This document shows positions 16,724 through 29,280 of a stretch of DNA of 64,000 bases, one piece after another. Under the pieces are notes generated by a model that saw only the letters and a program-made list of their open reading frames with translations, searched no databases and was not told where the DNA came from. Origin of the DNA: Gammaproteobacteria bacterium (lineage in GTDB: Bacteria; Pseudomonadota; Gammaproteobacteria; Steroidobacterales; Foliamicaceae); the NCBI GenBank assembly GCA_963666765.1, contig OY762933.1, forward strand, positions 2,695,422 to 2,759,421, in the 5' to 3' direction. A program made the position numbers and the translations under genes. Within the stretch, counting starts at the first letter, position 1. Each line of letters starts with the position of its first letter.

Positions 16724-17461
16724 ATGAAGATTCAGAAACTTTTTCAGCGAACGCGATTCGGCATATTCGCCGTATTCGGCGGAATCGTGCTTTCCACCTC
16801 GGCCCTTTGCCTGTACACGGTGGATACGCAGTTATCGGCCGAGTACGAGATCAACAGCAAGAACATCGCCAAGACGGTGGCGGATTCCAGCGTGGACATC
16901 CTGCTGAACCGCGACATGGCCACGCTGCAGTCGCTGGTGGACCAGTTCGTCGAGATTCAGGGAATCCGCTACATCTATATCACCAGCGAGACCGGGGAAT
17001 ACCTCGCGCATACCTTCGTGCCGGGTATTCCGGACGAGATACTGCAAAGCGATCACCGCAATACCGAGCCCATCGACCGGGAACTCCCGGGCCTGGGCAA
17101 TTTTGTCGAGGTCGGCAGCCCGATTCTCGCGGGCGTGGCCGGGACCGTGCACGTGGGCATGGACCTGGACGTGGTCTCGCTGAAGATCACCAGGGCGATA
17201 GGCCAGCAGGTCTACCTGGTTTCCATCATCCTGGTCATCGGCGTGCTGGCTTCTATCTGGCTGGTGAACCTGGCGGCCAAGCCGCTTGGCGAACTGCTTG
17301 CCTATGCGGTCGAACTGGCCGGGGACGAGGACGAGGAATCGGTGGCGGACCGGGCCGTGCTGGCCCGGGATGACGAAGTGGGCCACCTGGCGCGCCTGTT
17401 CCTGTACGTGGCCCGAAACGGTCCCAGGCCCGAAACGCTGAAGGCCGTGCAGCAGGGCTAG
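16724..17461 (+). CDS. membrane protein: TM1, about 150-aa periplasmic domain, TM2, HAMP domain, no output domain
   Basis: ATG 16724 lies 1 nt after the SBP stop. TM1 FGIFAVFGGIVLSTSALCLY, TM2 VYLVSIILVIGVLASIWLV, HAMP-like AAKPLGELLAYAVELAG...DDEVGHLARLF. The protein ends about 25 aa later. Confidence 0.7.
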   Translation: MKIQKLFQRTRFGIFAVFGGIVLSTSALCLYTVDTQLSAEYEINSKNIAKTVADSSVDILLNRDMATLQSLVDQFVEIQGIRYIYITSETGEYLAHTFVPGIPDEILQSDHRNTEPIDRELPGLGNFVEVGSPILAGVAGTVHVGMDLDVVSLKITRAIGQQVYLVSIILVIGVLASIWLVNLAAKPLGELLAYAVELAGDEDEESVADRAVLARDDEVGHLARLFLYVARNGPRPETLKAVQQG

Positions 17462-17475
17462 TCAGGGCACTGGCA

Positions 17476-18789
17476 ATGAGAACCATACGCCTGCCGCGCA
17501 CCGTCATCGCGCTCTTCTGCACGACGCTGCAGGTGTGCCTGGGCACGGTGTACGCCTGGAGTTTTTTCCAGACGATTCTGGTGAGACAATCCGGCTGGAC
17601 CTTTACGCAGACGGCCTGGGCCTTCAGCATCACGATCTTCTCGCTGGGGGTTTCGGCGGCCTGGGCCGGCCAGGCGCTCCCCAGGCATGGCCCGCGGCGG
17701 CTCGCGCTGATCGGTTCCTCGCTGTTCTCCGCAGGCTACCTGCTCGCGGGATGGGCGCTGCACCTGGATTCAATCCCGCTGTTCTACCTGTTTTACGGCG
17801 TCGTCGGGGGAGCGGGCATCGGCATGGGTTACGTCACTCCCGTGGCTACCGTGGCCAAGTGGTTTCCCGACCACAAGGGCCTGGTTACCGGGATCGTGGT
17901 CATGGGATTCGGCGTGGGCGCCTTTCTGCTGAGCAAGGGACTGGCCCCGCTGCTGGTGTTGCAGGCCGGCCAGGACCTGTCGCTGGTCTTTGTGTGGCTG
18001 GGCGTGATTTTCGCCTGCGTGCTGATTCCCTGCAGTCTGTTCCTGAGCAATCCTCCCGAACCCGAACAGGCCACGGCCGCTCCAACGGCGCAGCGCTTCA
18101 GCCCCGGCGCCGAGCCGGACACGGTGTGGCCGTACTTGAAGTCGCGCTCCTTCGTGGTTCTCTGGATCGTGTTCTTTTTCAATATCGCCGCGGGAATATC
18201 CGTGATCAGCTTCCAGTCGGAACTGCTGCAGGAAGTCTGGGGGCTGTCCGATCCCTCCCTGGAGCCGGCCATTCTTGCGGAGTACGGCGCAACGCTCATA
18301 GCCATAAGTTCCCTGTGCAACGGCGTGGGGCGCCTCTTCTGGGGTTTGCTGTCGGACCGTATCGGACGCGTTGCGGTGTTCCGGATACTGCTGGCCAGCC
18401 AGATGGTCGTGTTCGGCATCCTCATGACCGAGACCAACCCCTGGGTGTTCTCGGCGCTGGTGTGCTATGTGCTGCTTTGCTTCGGCGGCGGCTTCGCCAC
18501 CATGCCTTCGTTCGTGCTTGACGTATTCGGTCCGAGGAAGATGTCGGCGATCTACGGCGCCATCCTGACCGCCTGGGCAGCCGCGGGCATTGCGGGCCCC
18601 GTCTACGTGGGCTACCTGAAGGACGTCTACCCGGACCGGGCGGTCCTGTATTGCTTCCTCATCGGCGTAATGATGCTGGCGGCCGGATACGTGTTCTCGT
18701 ACCTGCTGACCGACAGCCGGATACGGCTGGGGCGGCCCACCCTTGAGGGCACGCTCCGCGAGTACGGGGTCCCGCAGACCGCGTCCTGA
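17476..18789 (+). CDS. MFS transporter, oxalate/formate antiporter (OFA)-like family
   Basis: 437 aa. LQVCLGTVYAWSFF...GGAGIGMGYVTPVATVAKWFPDHKGLVTGIVVMGFGVGAF is characteristic of OFA-family MFS proteins. Confidence 0.85.
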   Translation: MRTIRLPRTVIALFCTTLQVCLGTVYAWSFFQTILVRQSGWTFTQTAWAFSITIFSLGVSAAWAGQALPRHGPRRLALIGSSLFSAGYLLAGWALHLDSIPLFYLFYGVVGGAGIGMGYVTPVATVAKWFPDHKGLVTGIVVMGFGVGAFLLSKGLAPLLVLQAGQDLSLVFVWLGVIFACVLIPCSLFLSNPPEPEQATAAPTAQRFSPGAEPDTVWPYLKSRSFVVLWIVFFFNIAAGISVISFQSELLQEVWGLSDPSLEPAILAEYGATLIAISSLCNGVGRLFWGLLSDRIGRVAVFRILLASQMVVFGILMTETNPWVFSALVCYVLLCFGGGFATMPSFVLDVFGPRKMSAIYGAILTAWAAAGIAGPVYVGYLKDVYPDRAVLYCFLIGVMMLAAGYVFSYLLTDSRIRLGRPTLEGTLREYGVPQTAS

Positions 18790-18867
18790 GGCCGATCGGC
18801 TCTTTAGCCGGAACGCCGTCGGTGGTACCATAACGGGGCCGCACAAGCGAATTTACCGGGTAAGCGC

Positions 18868-19209
18868 ATGAGTACCGATAATTTGCTGCCGGACGACTAT
18901 TTCGCCGGCGAAGAAGAGTATCCCGAAGGTTTCCAGGAAGCGATAGACGCCGTCATCAACGGCGGCAACAGGCTGCTGGAATCCAACGATGAACCGGACG
19001 CCTGGGATGTTGCCTCGGGGCTGCTGGCCGGTGCGGTCCATTTCTGGCTGTTTTCGCGCCAGCCCTGCAGCGATCCCCTGTGCGAGTCCTGCGCCTCGGT
19101 GTCGACTGCCGAGCAGCGCCTGGCCCGCCTCATGGAGGAGGTCAAGCAGCATTGCGAGGAGAGCGAGTACTTTCACACCCCCCTCGACCGTAACGCCGGC
19201 TCGGCCTGA
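18868..19209 (+). CDS. small acidic hypothetical protein (possibly DUF3144-like)
   Basis: 113-aa ORF with coding-like composition, co-directional with its neighbours. Family assignment is only an impression. Confidence 0.5.
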   Translation: MSTDNLLPDDYFAGEEEYPEGFQEAIDAVINGGNRLLESNDEPDAWDVASGLLAGAVHFWLFSRQPCSDPLCESCASVSTAEQRLARLMEEVKQHCEESEYFHTPLDRNAGSA

Positions 19210-19231
19210 GCCGGCGCCCGCGAGACCAGCG

Positions 19232-19546
19232 ATGGCGCGAATTCACGTTACGGACCGGGCGGGCGAACCCCAGGTTGTCGAAGGCCAGACCGGCGTAAGC
19301 GTCATGGAGACCCTGCGCGAACTGGACAACGGCGTCGAAGCGCTGTGCGGCGGCATGTGCTCCTGCGCCACCTGCCACAGCTATATCGATTCCTCCTGGT
19401 GGGACAAGTTGCCGCCCAGGTCCCCGGAGGAGGAAGAGCTGTTGTCCGAACTGGAGTACTTCAGGGAGAATTCGCGGCTGACCTGCCAGCTCAGGTTCTC
19501 GGAAGAACTGGACGGCCTTACCCTCACCATCGCTCCCGAAGAGTAG
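19232..19546 (+). CDS. [2Fe-2S] ferredoxin, adrenodoxin/putidaredoxin type
   Basis: Start ATG 19232 (MARIHVTDRAGEPQVV). Cluster motif CGGMCSCATCH...C (C-x5-C-x2-C-x36-C spacing). Confidence 0.85.
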   Translation: MARIHVTDRAGEPQVVEGQTGVSVMETLRELDNGVEALCGGMCSCATCHSYIDSSWWDKLPPRSPEEEELLSELEYFRENSRLTCQLRFSEELDGLTLTIAPEE

Positions 19547-19581
19547 GGGTTACGCCGGCTTGCGCCGCGTCGACGCGCAAT

Positions 19582-20733
19582 ATGCGGGTTAATCTTCCTC
19601 CCCCGGAAATGCCGGAGGGCGCCGCGGCCCTGCGCGAGGCCGTGCGTGAATTCCTCGACAAGGCATTGCGTGACGTGCCGATGAGCGAGCGGGCCCTGTC
19701 CTGGGACGCCTGCAACCCCGATTTCAGCCGCCGCATGGGCGAGGCCGGGTTCATAGGCCTGAGTTTCCCGGAGGAATACGGCGGCGGCGGACGCTCCCAG
19801 CTGGAGCGATTCGTGGTTCTGGAAGAGTGCCTGGCCGCCGGCGCGCCCACAGGGTTTCACTGGTTCGCCGACCGTCAGAGCGGCCCGCTGATCCTGCGTT
19901 ACGGCAGCGAGGACCTCAAGCGGAAGATCATTCCGCGAATTTGCCGCGGCGAGCTCTGTTTCTGCATCGGCATGAGCGAGCCGGATTCGGGTTCGGACCT
20001 TGCCTCGCTGCGCACCCGGGCCACCAGGACTTCATCGGGCTGGCGGGTCAACGGAACCAAGATCTGGACCACCAACGCGCACCGCGCGCACTACATGATC
20101 GCGCTGTTTCGCACCGGCGAAGGCAAGCGCCGGCATGAAGGCCTGTCGCAATTCCTGGTGGACCTGCGGAATACGCCCGGCATACGAATTGCCCCGATCC
20201 GGGACATCGCCGGGCGCGAACACTTCAACGAGGTCCATTTCGAAGATGCCCTGCTGGCCGAAGATGCGCTGATCGGCGTCGAGAACAACGGCTGGGCGCA
20301 GGTAACCGAGGAGCTGGCCCTGGAGCGCTCCGGCCCCGAGCGGTATCTCTCCTGCCAGACCCTTTTCAACGAGCTCCTGCGGCTGCTTGGCGAGCGCGGG
20401 ACCGACGGACCGGCCGCCGTGGCGGTCGGCCGCATCGTGGCGCAACTGGGGGCCCTGCGCGCCATGTCGCTTTCGGTTGCGGCGATGCTTGAGAGCGGCG
20501 GGTCTCCGGTTCTGGAGGCGGCCATGGTCAAGGACATGGGCACCCGCTTCGAGCAGTCGCTGCCTCGGCTGGCCCAGGAGATTGTCGACCTGCCGCCCTT
20601 GGGCGGGGACGAGGCCTTGCCGTACCAGCAGGCGCTGCACCTGACGACGCTCCTGGCGCCGTCGTTTTCCCTTCGCGGCGGCAGTGGAGAAATCCTGCGC
20701 GGAATCATCGCGCGCGGGCTGGGGCTCAGATGA
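19582..20733 (+). CDS. acyl-CoA dehydrogenase (large subunit)
   Basis: Start ATG 19582. CIGMSEPDSGSDLASLRTRA and GTKIWTTNAH motifs of ACADs. Confidence 0.85.
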   Translation: MRVNLPPPEMPEGAAALREAVREFLDKALRDVPMSERALSWDACNPDFSRRMGEAGFIGLSFPEEYGGGGRSQLERFVVLEECLAAGAPTGFHWFADRQSGPLILRYGSEDLKRKIIPRICRGELCFCIGMSEPDSGSDLASLRTRATRTSSGWRVNGTKIWTTNAHRAHYMIALFRTGEGKRRHEGLSQFLVDLRNTPGIRIAPIRDIAGREHFNEVHFEDALLAEDALIGVENNGWAQVTEELALERSGPERYLSCQTLFNELLRLLGERGTDGPAAVAVGRIVAQLGALRAMSLSVAAMLESGGSPVLEAAMVKDMGTRFEQSLPRLAQEIVDLPPLGGDEALPYQQALHLTTLLAPSFSLRGGSGEILRGIIARGLGLR

Positions 20734-21518
20734 TGCGCGCGGACCCGCTGCTGGTGGAAACGGTGGAGCGCATGTTCGCCGAGAACCTTGCGCCCGACAT
20801 GCTTGACGAAGCGCATCGCAACGGCGGCGAGCGGTTCATGGCGCTGGCGCGCGAGATGGGCCTGGACGCGGTAATGGTTCCGCAGGAACAGGGAGGCTAT
20901 GGCGGCGGATGGCCGGACGCCTTTGTGATTGCCGAGGCCTGCGGGCGCTACGCCGCTCCGGGCGGCTTGCCCGAGATCATGATTCGGCCTGCGCTGGGCG
21001 CCGCCGATGAAGAAGACGGTTGCGCCGCGCTGCCGAGGCTGGCCGGAGCGCTGCTTCGCTCGGCGCAGATGGCGGGCGCGGCGCAGGGTCTTGTGGAACG
21101 CTCCGTCACGTATTGCGGAGAAAGAGAGCAGTTCGGACGGCCAATTGCCAAATTTCAGGCTGTACAGCAGCAATTGGCCGAACTGGCGGGATTCGCAGCC
21201 TGCATGCAGGCGGCATCGCAGCAGGCATTTGCGGCGGTTCAGAAGCACGGGCTGCCGGAGTCCGGGGACAGTCCCGCCTGGCTGGCGATCGCCGTCGCCA
21301 AGTGCCGCTGTTCGGAACTGGTGCACCCGGTGACGCAGATCGCGCACGGCGTGCATGGCGCGATCGGTTTTACCGAGGAAATGGGGCTGCAGTATTTCAG
21401 CCTGCCGCTGTGGCGCTGGCGTGCCGAGTTCGGCCGGGATACGGATTGGGCCGAGCTTGTCGGCAGGCGCACCATCGCCGCCGGTCCGGCTGCGGCCTGG
21501 GCAGCGATTACGGCCTGA
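20730..21518 (+). CDS. acyl-CoA dehydrogenase-like small subunit (C-terminal helical domain retained)
   Basis: 262 aa, with ATGA overlap to the upstream ACAD. FGRPIAKFQAVQQQLAE and HGAIGFTEEMGLQYF match the ACAD C-terminal domain. The N-terminal/middle domain is shortened, as in heteromeric alpha-beta ACADs. Confidence 0.7.
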   Translation: MMRADPLLVETVERMFAENLAPDMLDEAHRNGGERFMALAREMGLDAVMVPQEQGGYGGGWPDAFVIAEACGRYAAPGGLPEIMIRPALGAADEEDGCAALPRLAGALLRSAQMAGAAQGLVERSVTYCGEREQFGRPIAKFQAVQQQLAELAGFAACMQAASQQAFAAVQKHGLPESGDSPAWLAIAVAKCRCSELVHPVTQIAHGVHGAIGFTEEMGLQYFSLPLWRWRAEFGRDTDWAELVGRRTIAAGPAAAWAAITA

Positions 21519-21573
21519 TTGCAGCAGGTTATCGCGGCGCCGGGCGATGCGCGCGCCCGTACAATTCACCGCC

Positions 21574-24176
<2,603 letters not shown>

Positions 24177-24180
<4 letters not shown>

Positions 24181-24773
24181 ACTTGAATCACGCGCCATTC
24201 ATCGCCGCCCGGGAGCGAGGGCGTCCCGCCCTCGAAACCAGGATCAGCCATCCTTCGCCTTGCCTGGCAGGCCGCCTCGCCGTAGCCTGCGCGTTGTCGT
24301 TCATGCTCGCAGCCTGCGGCTTTCAGTTCCAGGGGCGACTTGATTTTCCGGCGCTGGCCGGGGGCGTATGGGTGCAAAGCGCCCAGGGTTCGACGCCTCT
24401 TCGGCGCGCCCTGGACGAGCAACTGCGCCTGGCCGAGGTCACCGTGCACGACGAGCCGGGCGAAGGCGTGGCGATTTTGCGCCTGCTGGAAGACGAGAGC
24501 GAGGAAAGCCTTGTGGCCATCTCCGCGAACAACCTGCCCACGGTCACGGAAATCAGCTACCGCGTGAAGTACACGCTCAGGCTGGGCGGCGAGCGGCTGA
24601 TTGAGGAGCGCGAGTGGGAAGTGGACCACACGCGCGTGCAGGACGAGTTCCGGGTGCTGGGAATGGAGCGCGAGACCGAGGTCCTGCGCGATGCCCTGGC
24701 GGAAGACCTGGCCTGGCAGATTCTGCGCGACCTGGCCTCGCTGCCCGCTCCCGCGGCAGGCGGCGGTCCGTGA
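24177..24773 (+). CDS. lptE: LPS-assembly lipoprotein LptE (start codon uncertain)
   Basis: Position after leuS. Lipobox FMLAAC followed by GFQFQG, as in LptE CGFHLRG. GTG 24177 overlaps the leuS stop (GTGA), but the first about 29 codons include a REP copy. An alternative CTG 24264 would give a canonical signal peptide. Confidence 0.75.
24208..24233 (+). repeat. REP-like stem-loop (CCCGGGAGCGAGGGCGTCCCGCCCTC)
   Basis: 7-bp stem GAGGGCG/CGCCCTC with loop TCC. Same unit as at 51908 and 55934. It lies inside the annotated 5' end of lptE. Confidence 0.8.
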
Positions 24774-26212
24774 TCAGCCTGCACAACACCCTGGGCGGCG
24801 AACGCCAGCCCTTTGTTCCCGGGAATCCTGACAGGGTAACCATGTACGTTTGCGGACCGACGGTCTATGGGCCTGCCCATATCGGCAACGCCCGCCCGGC
24901 GGTGGTCTTCGACGTTCTGGCCCGCCTGTTGCGGCGCCGCTACAAGCTGGTCTACGCCAGCAACATCACCGACGTGGACGACAAGATCAACCAGGCGGCC
25001 GCCGAGGCGGGAGTGCCGATCGCGAAGATTGCCCGGCGGTGGTCCCGGGTCTGGCGGGAGGACGTTGGCGCGCTGGGCGTGCTTGAGCCTGATCGGCAAC
25101 CGCGCGCGACCGAACATCTGCCGCAGATGATTTCCCTGGTCGCGAGCCTGCTGAAGTCGGGACATGCCTACGAGGCAGAGGGTCACGTTCTGTTCCGGGT
25201 GGGCGCCGATGCCGCTTACGGCGAGCTTTCCGGACGCAATCGCGACGAGCAGCTTGCCGGCGCCCGGGTCGACATTGCGCCCTACAAGGAGGATCCGGCC
25301 GACTTCGTGCTGTGGAAGCCCTCTTCCGGCGAACTGCCCGGCTGGGAGAGCCCCTGGGGACGCGGGCGTCCCGGCTGGCACCTGGAGTGCTCGGCAATGG
25401 CGCTGGAACACCTGGGAGAGACGATCGATATTCACGGCGGCGGCCGGGACCTAATATTTCCGCACCACGAGAACGAGATTGCCCAGAGCCGCTGCGCCCA
25501 CGGCGCCCCGCTCGCCCGTTACTGGGTGCACAACGGCATGATCCGCATCGGCAAGTCCAAGATGGCCAAGTCGCGGGGGAACATCCTGACGATCCGCGAT
25601 TTGCTGCAACGGTTTCCCGGCGAGGTACTGCGGCTCGCCCTCCTGAGCGCCCGCTATCGGGACCCGCTCGAATGGAGCGATGAATTGATCGCGGCAAGCC
25701 GCAGCCGGCTGGACCGCTTGTACCGCGTACTGCTCGATTGCGGGGAGCCGGTAGCAGATGAATCGAAAGGCGCGTCCGCTCCCTCGCCGGAACTGGTTCG
25801 GGCGCTTGAGGATGATCTCAATACGCCGGCCGCGCTCGGCGTTCTCGCCCGGCAAGCCCGCGAACTCCGCTCGGGCGCTGTGGAACCGGCGGGGGCCGCG
25901 TCGCTTCGCGCCGGCGGCAAGCTATTGGGCCTGTTGCAGGAGGAACCGAGCGAGTGGTTTCGCGGCTCTCCGATTGACAATAACGCCACGGCCAACCTCG
26001 GCTCAGAGCTTGAAGCGCAAGGCGAGGCATCGCCTGGGCCAATTCCGGACCTGACAGCTGCGGAAATAGAAGAGCGAGTGGAAAAACGCACAAGGGCGCG
26101 CGCGAACGGCGACTATGCCGCGGCCGATCGCATACGCGAGGACCTCAAGGACCGCGGCGTGATCCTCGAAGACGGCCCCGGGGGTACGACCTGGCGCCGG
26201 ACGGCGCTATGA
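24770..26212 (+). CDS. cysS: cysteine--tRNA ligase
   Basis: GTG 24770 overlaps the lptE stop (GTGA). [17 protein letters not shown] (HIGH region) and KMAKSRGN (KMSKS) present. Confidence 0.95.
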   Translation: MISLHNTLGGERQPFVPGNPDRVTMYVCGPTVYGPAHIGNARPAVVFDVLARLLRRRYKLVYASNITDVDDKINQAAAEAGVPIAKIARRWSRVWREDVGALGVLEPDRQPRATEHLPQMISLVASLLKSGHAYEAEGHVLFRVGADAAYGELSGRNRDEQLAGARVDIAPYKEDPADFVLWKPSSGELPGWESPWGRGRPGWHLECSAMALEHLGETIDIHGGGRDLIFPHHENEIAQSRCAHGAPLARYWVHNGMIRIGKSKMAKSRGNILTIRDLLQRFPGEVLRLALLSARYRDPLEWSDELIAASRSRLDRLYRVLLDCGEPVADESKGASAPSPELVRALEDDLNTPAALGVLARQARELRSGAVEPAGAASLRAGGKLLGLLQEEPSEWFRGSPIDNNATANLGSELEAQGEASPGPIPDLTAAEIEERVEKRTRARANGDYAAADRIREDLKDRGVILEDGPGGTTWRRTAL

Positions 26213-26219
26213 TTGGCTT

Positions 26220-26690
26220 ATGAGCGATTTGTTTGCACCCCGGCGGACCGTGGCCCAGGTGGAGGAGAGCGCCGAGCTGGCGCCGAAATTCGACGCCAGC
26301 GGCCTTATCCCGGCCGTGGTCACGGACCATGGCAGCGGCGAACTGCTGATGCACGCCTACATGAACAGGCAGGCGCTTGAACTCACCATCACCACGGGTG
26401 AGGCGCATTATTTCAGCCGCAGCCGCAACAAACTCTGGCGGAAGGGAGAGACCAGCGGGCTCAGGCAGCAGGTGCGCGAACTGCTGATCGACGACGACCA
26501 GGACTGCGTCTGGCTGCGGGTGGAGCTGACGGGCGGCGCAAGCTGTCATGTGGGCTACCGGTCCTGCTTTTATCGCCGGGTCCCGCTGAGCTCCGGCGGC
26601 GGCGCGGTCGAGCTCGAATTCACCGAGAGCGACAAGGTGTTCGACCCGGAGCAGGTCTACGCCGGGCAGGAAAACCCCACCCGCTTGTGA
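26220..26690 (+). CDS. hisI: phosphoribosyl-AMP cyclohydrolase
   Basis: 156 aa. LIPAVVTD...[40 protein letters not shown]...DCD..L..V...G..CH motifs of HisI. Confidence 0.9.
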   Translation: MSDLFAPRRTVAQVEESAELAPKFDASGLIPAVVTDHGSGELLMHAYMNRQALELTITTGEAHYFSRSRNKLWRKGETSGLRQQVRELLIDDDQDCVWLRVELTGGASCHVGYRSCFYRRVPLSSGGGAVELEFTESDKVFDPEQVYAGQENPTRL

Positions 26691-27124
26691 GCGCTGAACT
26701 GCCGTCCCCGGGTACATTGCGGGACGCCCAGGAAGAGCTGCTCGAAGAACTGGGCTTCTTCGACAACTGGATGGAGCGCTATCAGCACATTATCGAACTG
26801 GGCCGCAATGCGCCGGAGTTTCCCGACGAGTGGCGGATTGAGGACAACCGCCTGCGTGGCTGCCAGTCCCAGGTGTGGCTGAAATCCTGGCAGGAGGAGG
26901 GGCGCCTGTTCTTTATCGCGGTGAGCGATTCCGCGATCGTTTCCGGGCTGGCGGCCATGCTGACCCGAATCTACAGCGGGCGGCGCCCCGGCGAAATACT
27001 CGAAACCACGCCCGATTTCATCGCCGGCGCCGGTCTCGACCGGCACCTGAGCCCGACGCGCAGCAACGGGCTGCATTCCATGGTCAACGAAATCCGGCAG
27101 CGGGCCGTAAAATGTCTTGGGTGA
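26687..27124 (+). CDS. sufE: SufE/CsdE-family cysteine desulfuration (sulfur acceptor) protein
   Basis: GTG overlaps the hisI stop. [11 protein letters not shown] (active-site Cys) and [13 protein letters not shown] are typical of SufE. Confidence 0.85.
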   Translation: MSAELPSPGTLRDAQEELLEELGFFDNWMERYQHIIELGRNAPEFPDEWRIEDNRLRGCQSQVWLKSWQEEGRLFFIAVSDSAIVSGLAAMLTRIYSGRRPGEILETTPDFIAGAGLDRHLSPTRSNGLHSMVNEIRQRAVKCLG

Positions 27125-27351
27125 AAGTCATGGCCATCGGGCTGATCCGCGCGTACCAGCTTTGCGTGTCGCCCTTCCTGGGTCCTCGCTGCCGCTTCCT
27201 GCCGACCTGTTCCGAATATGCCAGGGAAGCGATTGACACTCATGGCCTGCTGCGCGGGTTCGGGATGTCCCTGCGCCGACTGCTGCGCTGCCATCCCCTG
27301 GGCCCCTCGGGCTGGGACCCGGTTCCGCCCGTCAAGGTGGACAGGCCCTAA
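27112..27351 (+). CDS. yidD: membrane protein insertion efficiency factor YidD
   Basis: Start ATG 27112. [31 protein letters not shown]...RLLRCHP is the YidD signature. 79 aa. Confidence 0.9.
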   Translation: MSWVKVMAIGLIRAYQLCVSPFLGPRCRFLPTCSEYAREAIDTHGLLRGFGMSLRRLLRCHPLGPSGWDPVPPVKVDRP

Positions 27352-27356
27352 AGCCC

Positions 27357-27614
27357 GTGGACCGGTCCTTTCTTTCGCTCTTGCGCTGCCCCAGGACCGG
27401 CGGCGAAATTCGCCTTGCCGGGGCGGAGGAGCTGGCGGCGTACAACGAGGCCCTGGGGGAGGGGAAGCTGAGCAATGCCGCCGGGGAGAAGCTCGAGCAG
27501 GCGATGGAAGGCGCGCTGGTGTCCGAATGCGGCCGCTGGCTCTATCCGGTTCATGAAGGCATTCCGGTCCTGCTGGTTGAGGAAGCCGTACCGCTCGTCG
27601 ATACGTGCGCCTGA
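27357..27614 (+). CDS. Trm112/YcaR (UPF0434) family protein
   Basis: 85 aa. LLRCPRTGGEIRL...YPVHEGIPVLLVEEA is the Trm112-family pattern. Confidence 0.8.
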   Translation: MDRSFLSLLRCPRTGGEIRLAGAEELAAYNEALGEGKLSNAAGEKLEQAMEGALVSECGRWLYPVHEGIPVLLVEEAVPLVDTCA

Positions 27615-28630
27615 CTCCCAAGGAACTGCCGGGGGCCCTCGAGCGGGGCCTGGAGAGCCTGTACCTGCTGTCCGGCGCGGAGCCGCTGTTGCTGGACGAA
27701 GCGGTTGACCGGGTCCGGGCGGCGGCGCGCGACGGCGGCTTTTCGGAGCGCGCGCTTCACGTCGCCGACGCGCGTTACAAGTGGAACGACCTGTACGCCG
27801 ACGCCTGCAGCCAATCGCTGTTCGCCAGCCGCCGGCTGCTTGAGGTCCGCCTGGCGAGCGGCAAGCCGGGCGCCGCGGGCGCCAGGGTGCTCAAGGAACT
27901 GGCCGGCGCCATTCCCGAGGACACCCTGATCATGGTCGTCACCGGACTGCTGGATCGCAGCGCCCGCAGGAGTGCCTGGGTGGTCGCGCTGGAGAAGGCC
28001 GGCGCCTGGATCGACGCTCCCCAGCTGTCCGCCCGGGAGCAGCGCGGCTGGATCAGGGACCGTCTGGCCGGAGAGGGCTTCCAGCCCGACGAGGCGGCCG
28101 TCATGCTGCTGGCCGAACGAACCGAGGGCAATCTGCTGTCCGCCCGGCAGCAGATTGACAAGCTGGCGCTCGCCCACGACCCCGGACCGCTGTCGGTGGA
28201 CGCGGTGATGGAGGCCATTGCCGATGCCAGCCGGTTTGACGTGTTTCAGCTCGGATCGGCCGCCCTGGGCCAGGACCTGCGCCGAACCGCCCGCATTCTT
28301 GCCGGGTTGAAGCGCGAACGCGCGCCGCTGACCCTGATCCTCTGGGTTCTGGTTCGCGACATCACTACTTTGGCGGACCTTTACTGGCGTACGGCGCGGG
28401 GAGACAGCCTGCCGTCGGCCATGGGGGCGTTGTCGGTATGGTCGAGCCGCAAGGCCGAGTTCCGCTCGGCGCTGAAGCGCCACGGCGCCCGTTCGATCGA
28501 CTGGCTGCTCAAGCGTTCGGCCAGGGCCGACCAGGTCATCAAGGGCGCCCGTGCCGGCGAGCCCTGGGCGGAGCTTCAGTTGCTGGCCTTCGGTCTGGCG
28601 GAGCCGCATCGCATGGGCGCGGAATCATGA
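27605..28630 (+). CDS. holA: DNA polymerase III subunit delta
   Basis: 341 aa. LYLLSGAEPLLLDEA..., clamp-loader delta architecture, and the usual synteny (lptE...holA-nadD). Confidence 0.85.
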   Translation: MRLTPKELPGALERGLESLYLLSGAEPLLLDEAVDRVRAAARDGGFSERALHVADARYKWNDLYADACSQSLFASRRLLEVRLASGKPGAAGARVLKELAGAIPEDTLIMVVTGLLDRSARRSAWVVALEKAGAWIDAPQLSAREQRGWIRDRLAGEGFQPDEAAVMLLAERTEGNLLSARQQIDKLALAHDPGPLSVDAVMEAIADASRFDVFQLGSAALGQDLRRTARILAGLKRERAPLTLILWVLVRDITTLADLYWRTARGDSLPSAMGALSVWSSRKAEFRSALKRHGARSIDWLLKRSARADQVIKGARAGEPWAELQLLAFGLAEPHRMGAES

Positions 28631-29280
28631 ACGGGTGGCAGGGACTCGGTCTGCTTGGGGGCAGTTTTGACCCGGTGCATACGGGGCATATCGCCCTGGC
28701 GCGCCAGCTTGCCGATGCGGCAAGGCTGTCCGAGGTGCGCTTCGTGCTTGCGTCCTCCCCGCTGCACCGGTCCGCCCTGGTGGCTTCCGCGCCGCTCAGG
28801 CTGCGGATGCTCAAGGCGGCCGTTGAGGGAATCCCCGGATTCTCGGTGGAAGAGTGCGAGCTGGGTCCGTCGGCCACAGGCTATACGGCGGACACTCTCA
28901 AGGCCTTGAGGCGCGCGAATCCCGGGCGCACGCTCTGCTGGATGATGGGCTTCGATTCGTTCCTTACCCTGCCGACCTGGCGGCGCTGGAATTCGATATT
29001 TGGCCTGGCGCACCTGCTGGTGGGAGCGCGCGCCGGCCATCAGGGCCGGCTGCCCGCGGCTCTCGAGGCGGAAATCGAATCGCGCTCGGTTACCGATCGC
29101 CGGGAGCTGGAGTTCTCGCCCGCCGGCCGCATCATGATCTGCCGGAAGCCCGTGGCGGCGGTTTCCTCCAGCAGCGTGCGGCGCGCCGCCCGATCGGGGG
29201 ACCTCGCACATGACCTGATTCCGGCTCCTGTAGCGCGGATCATCTCGAATTCCGGCGCCTATGCCGGGGGTGAGAATTGA
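28627..29280 (+). CDS. nadD: nicotinate-nucleotide adenylyltransferase
   Basis: ATG 28627 overlaps the holA stop (ATGA). GLLGGSFDPVHTGH (HxGH) and SSSSVRR (ISSTxxR-like) motifs present. Confidence 0.9.
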   Translation: MNGWQGLGLLGGSFDPVHTGHIALARQLADAARLSEVRFVLASSPLHRSALVASAPLRLRMLKAAVEGIPGFSVEECELGPSATGYTADTLKALRRANPGRTLCWMMGFDSFLTLPTWRRWNSIFGLAHLLVGARAGHQGRLPAALEAEIESRSVTDRRELEFSPAGRIMICRKPVAAVSSSSVRRAARSGDLAHDLIPAPVARIISNSGAYAGGEN

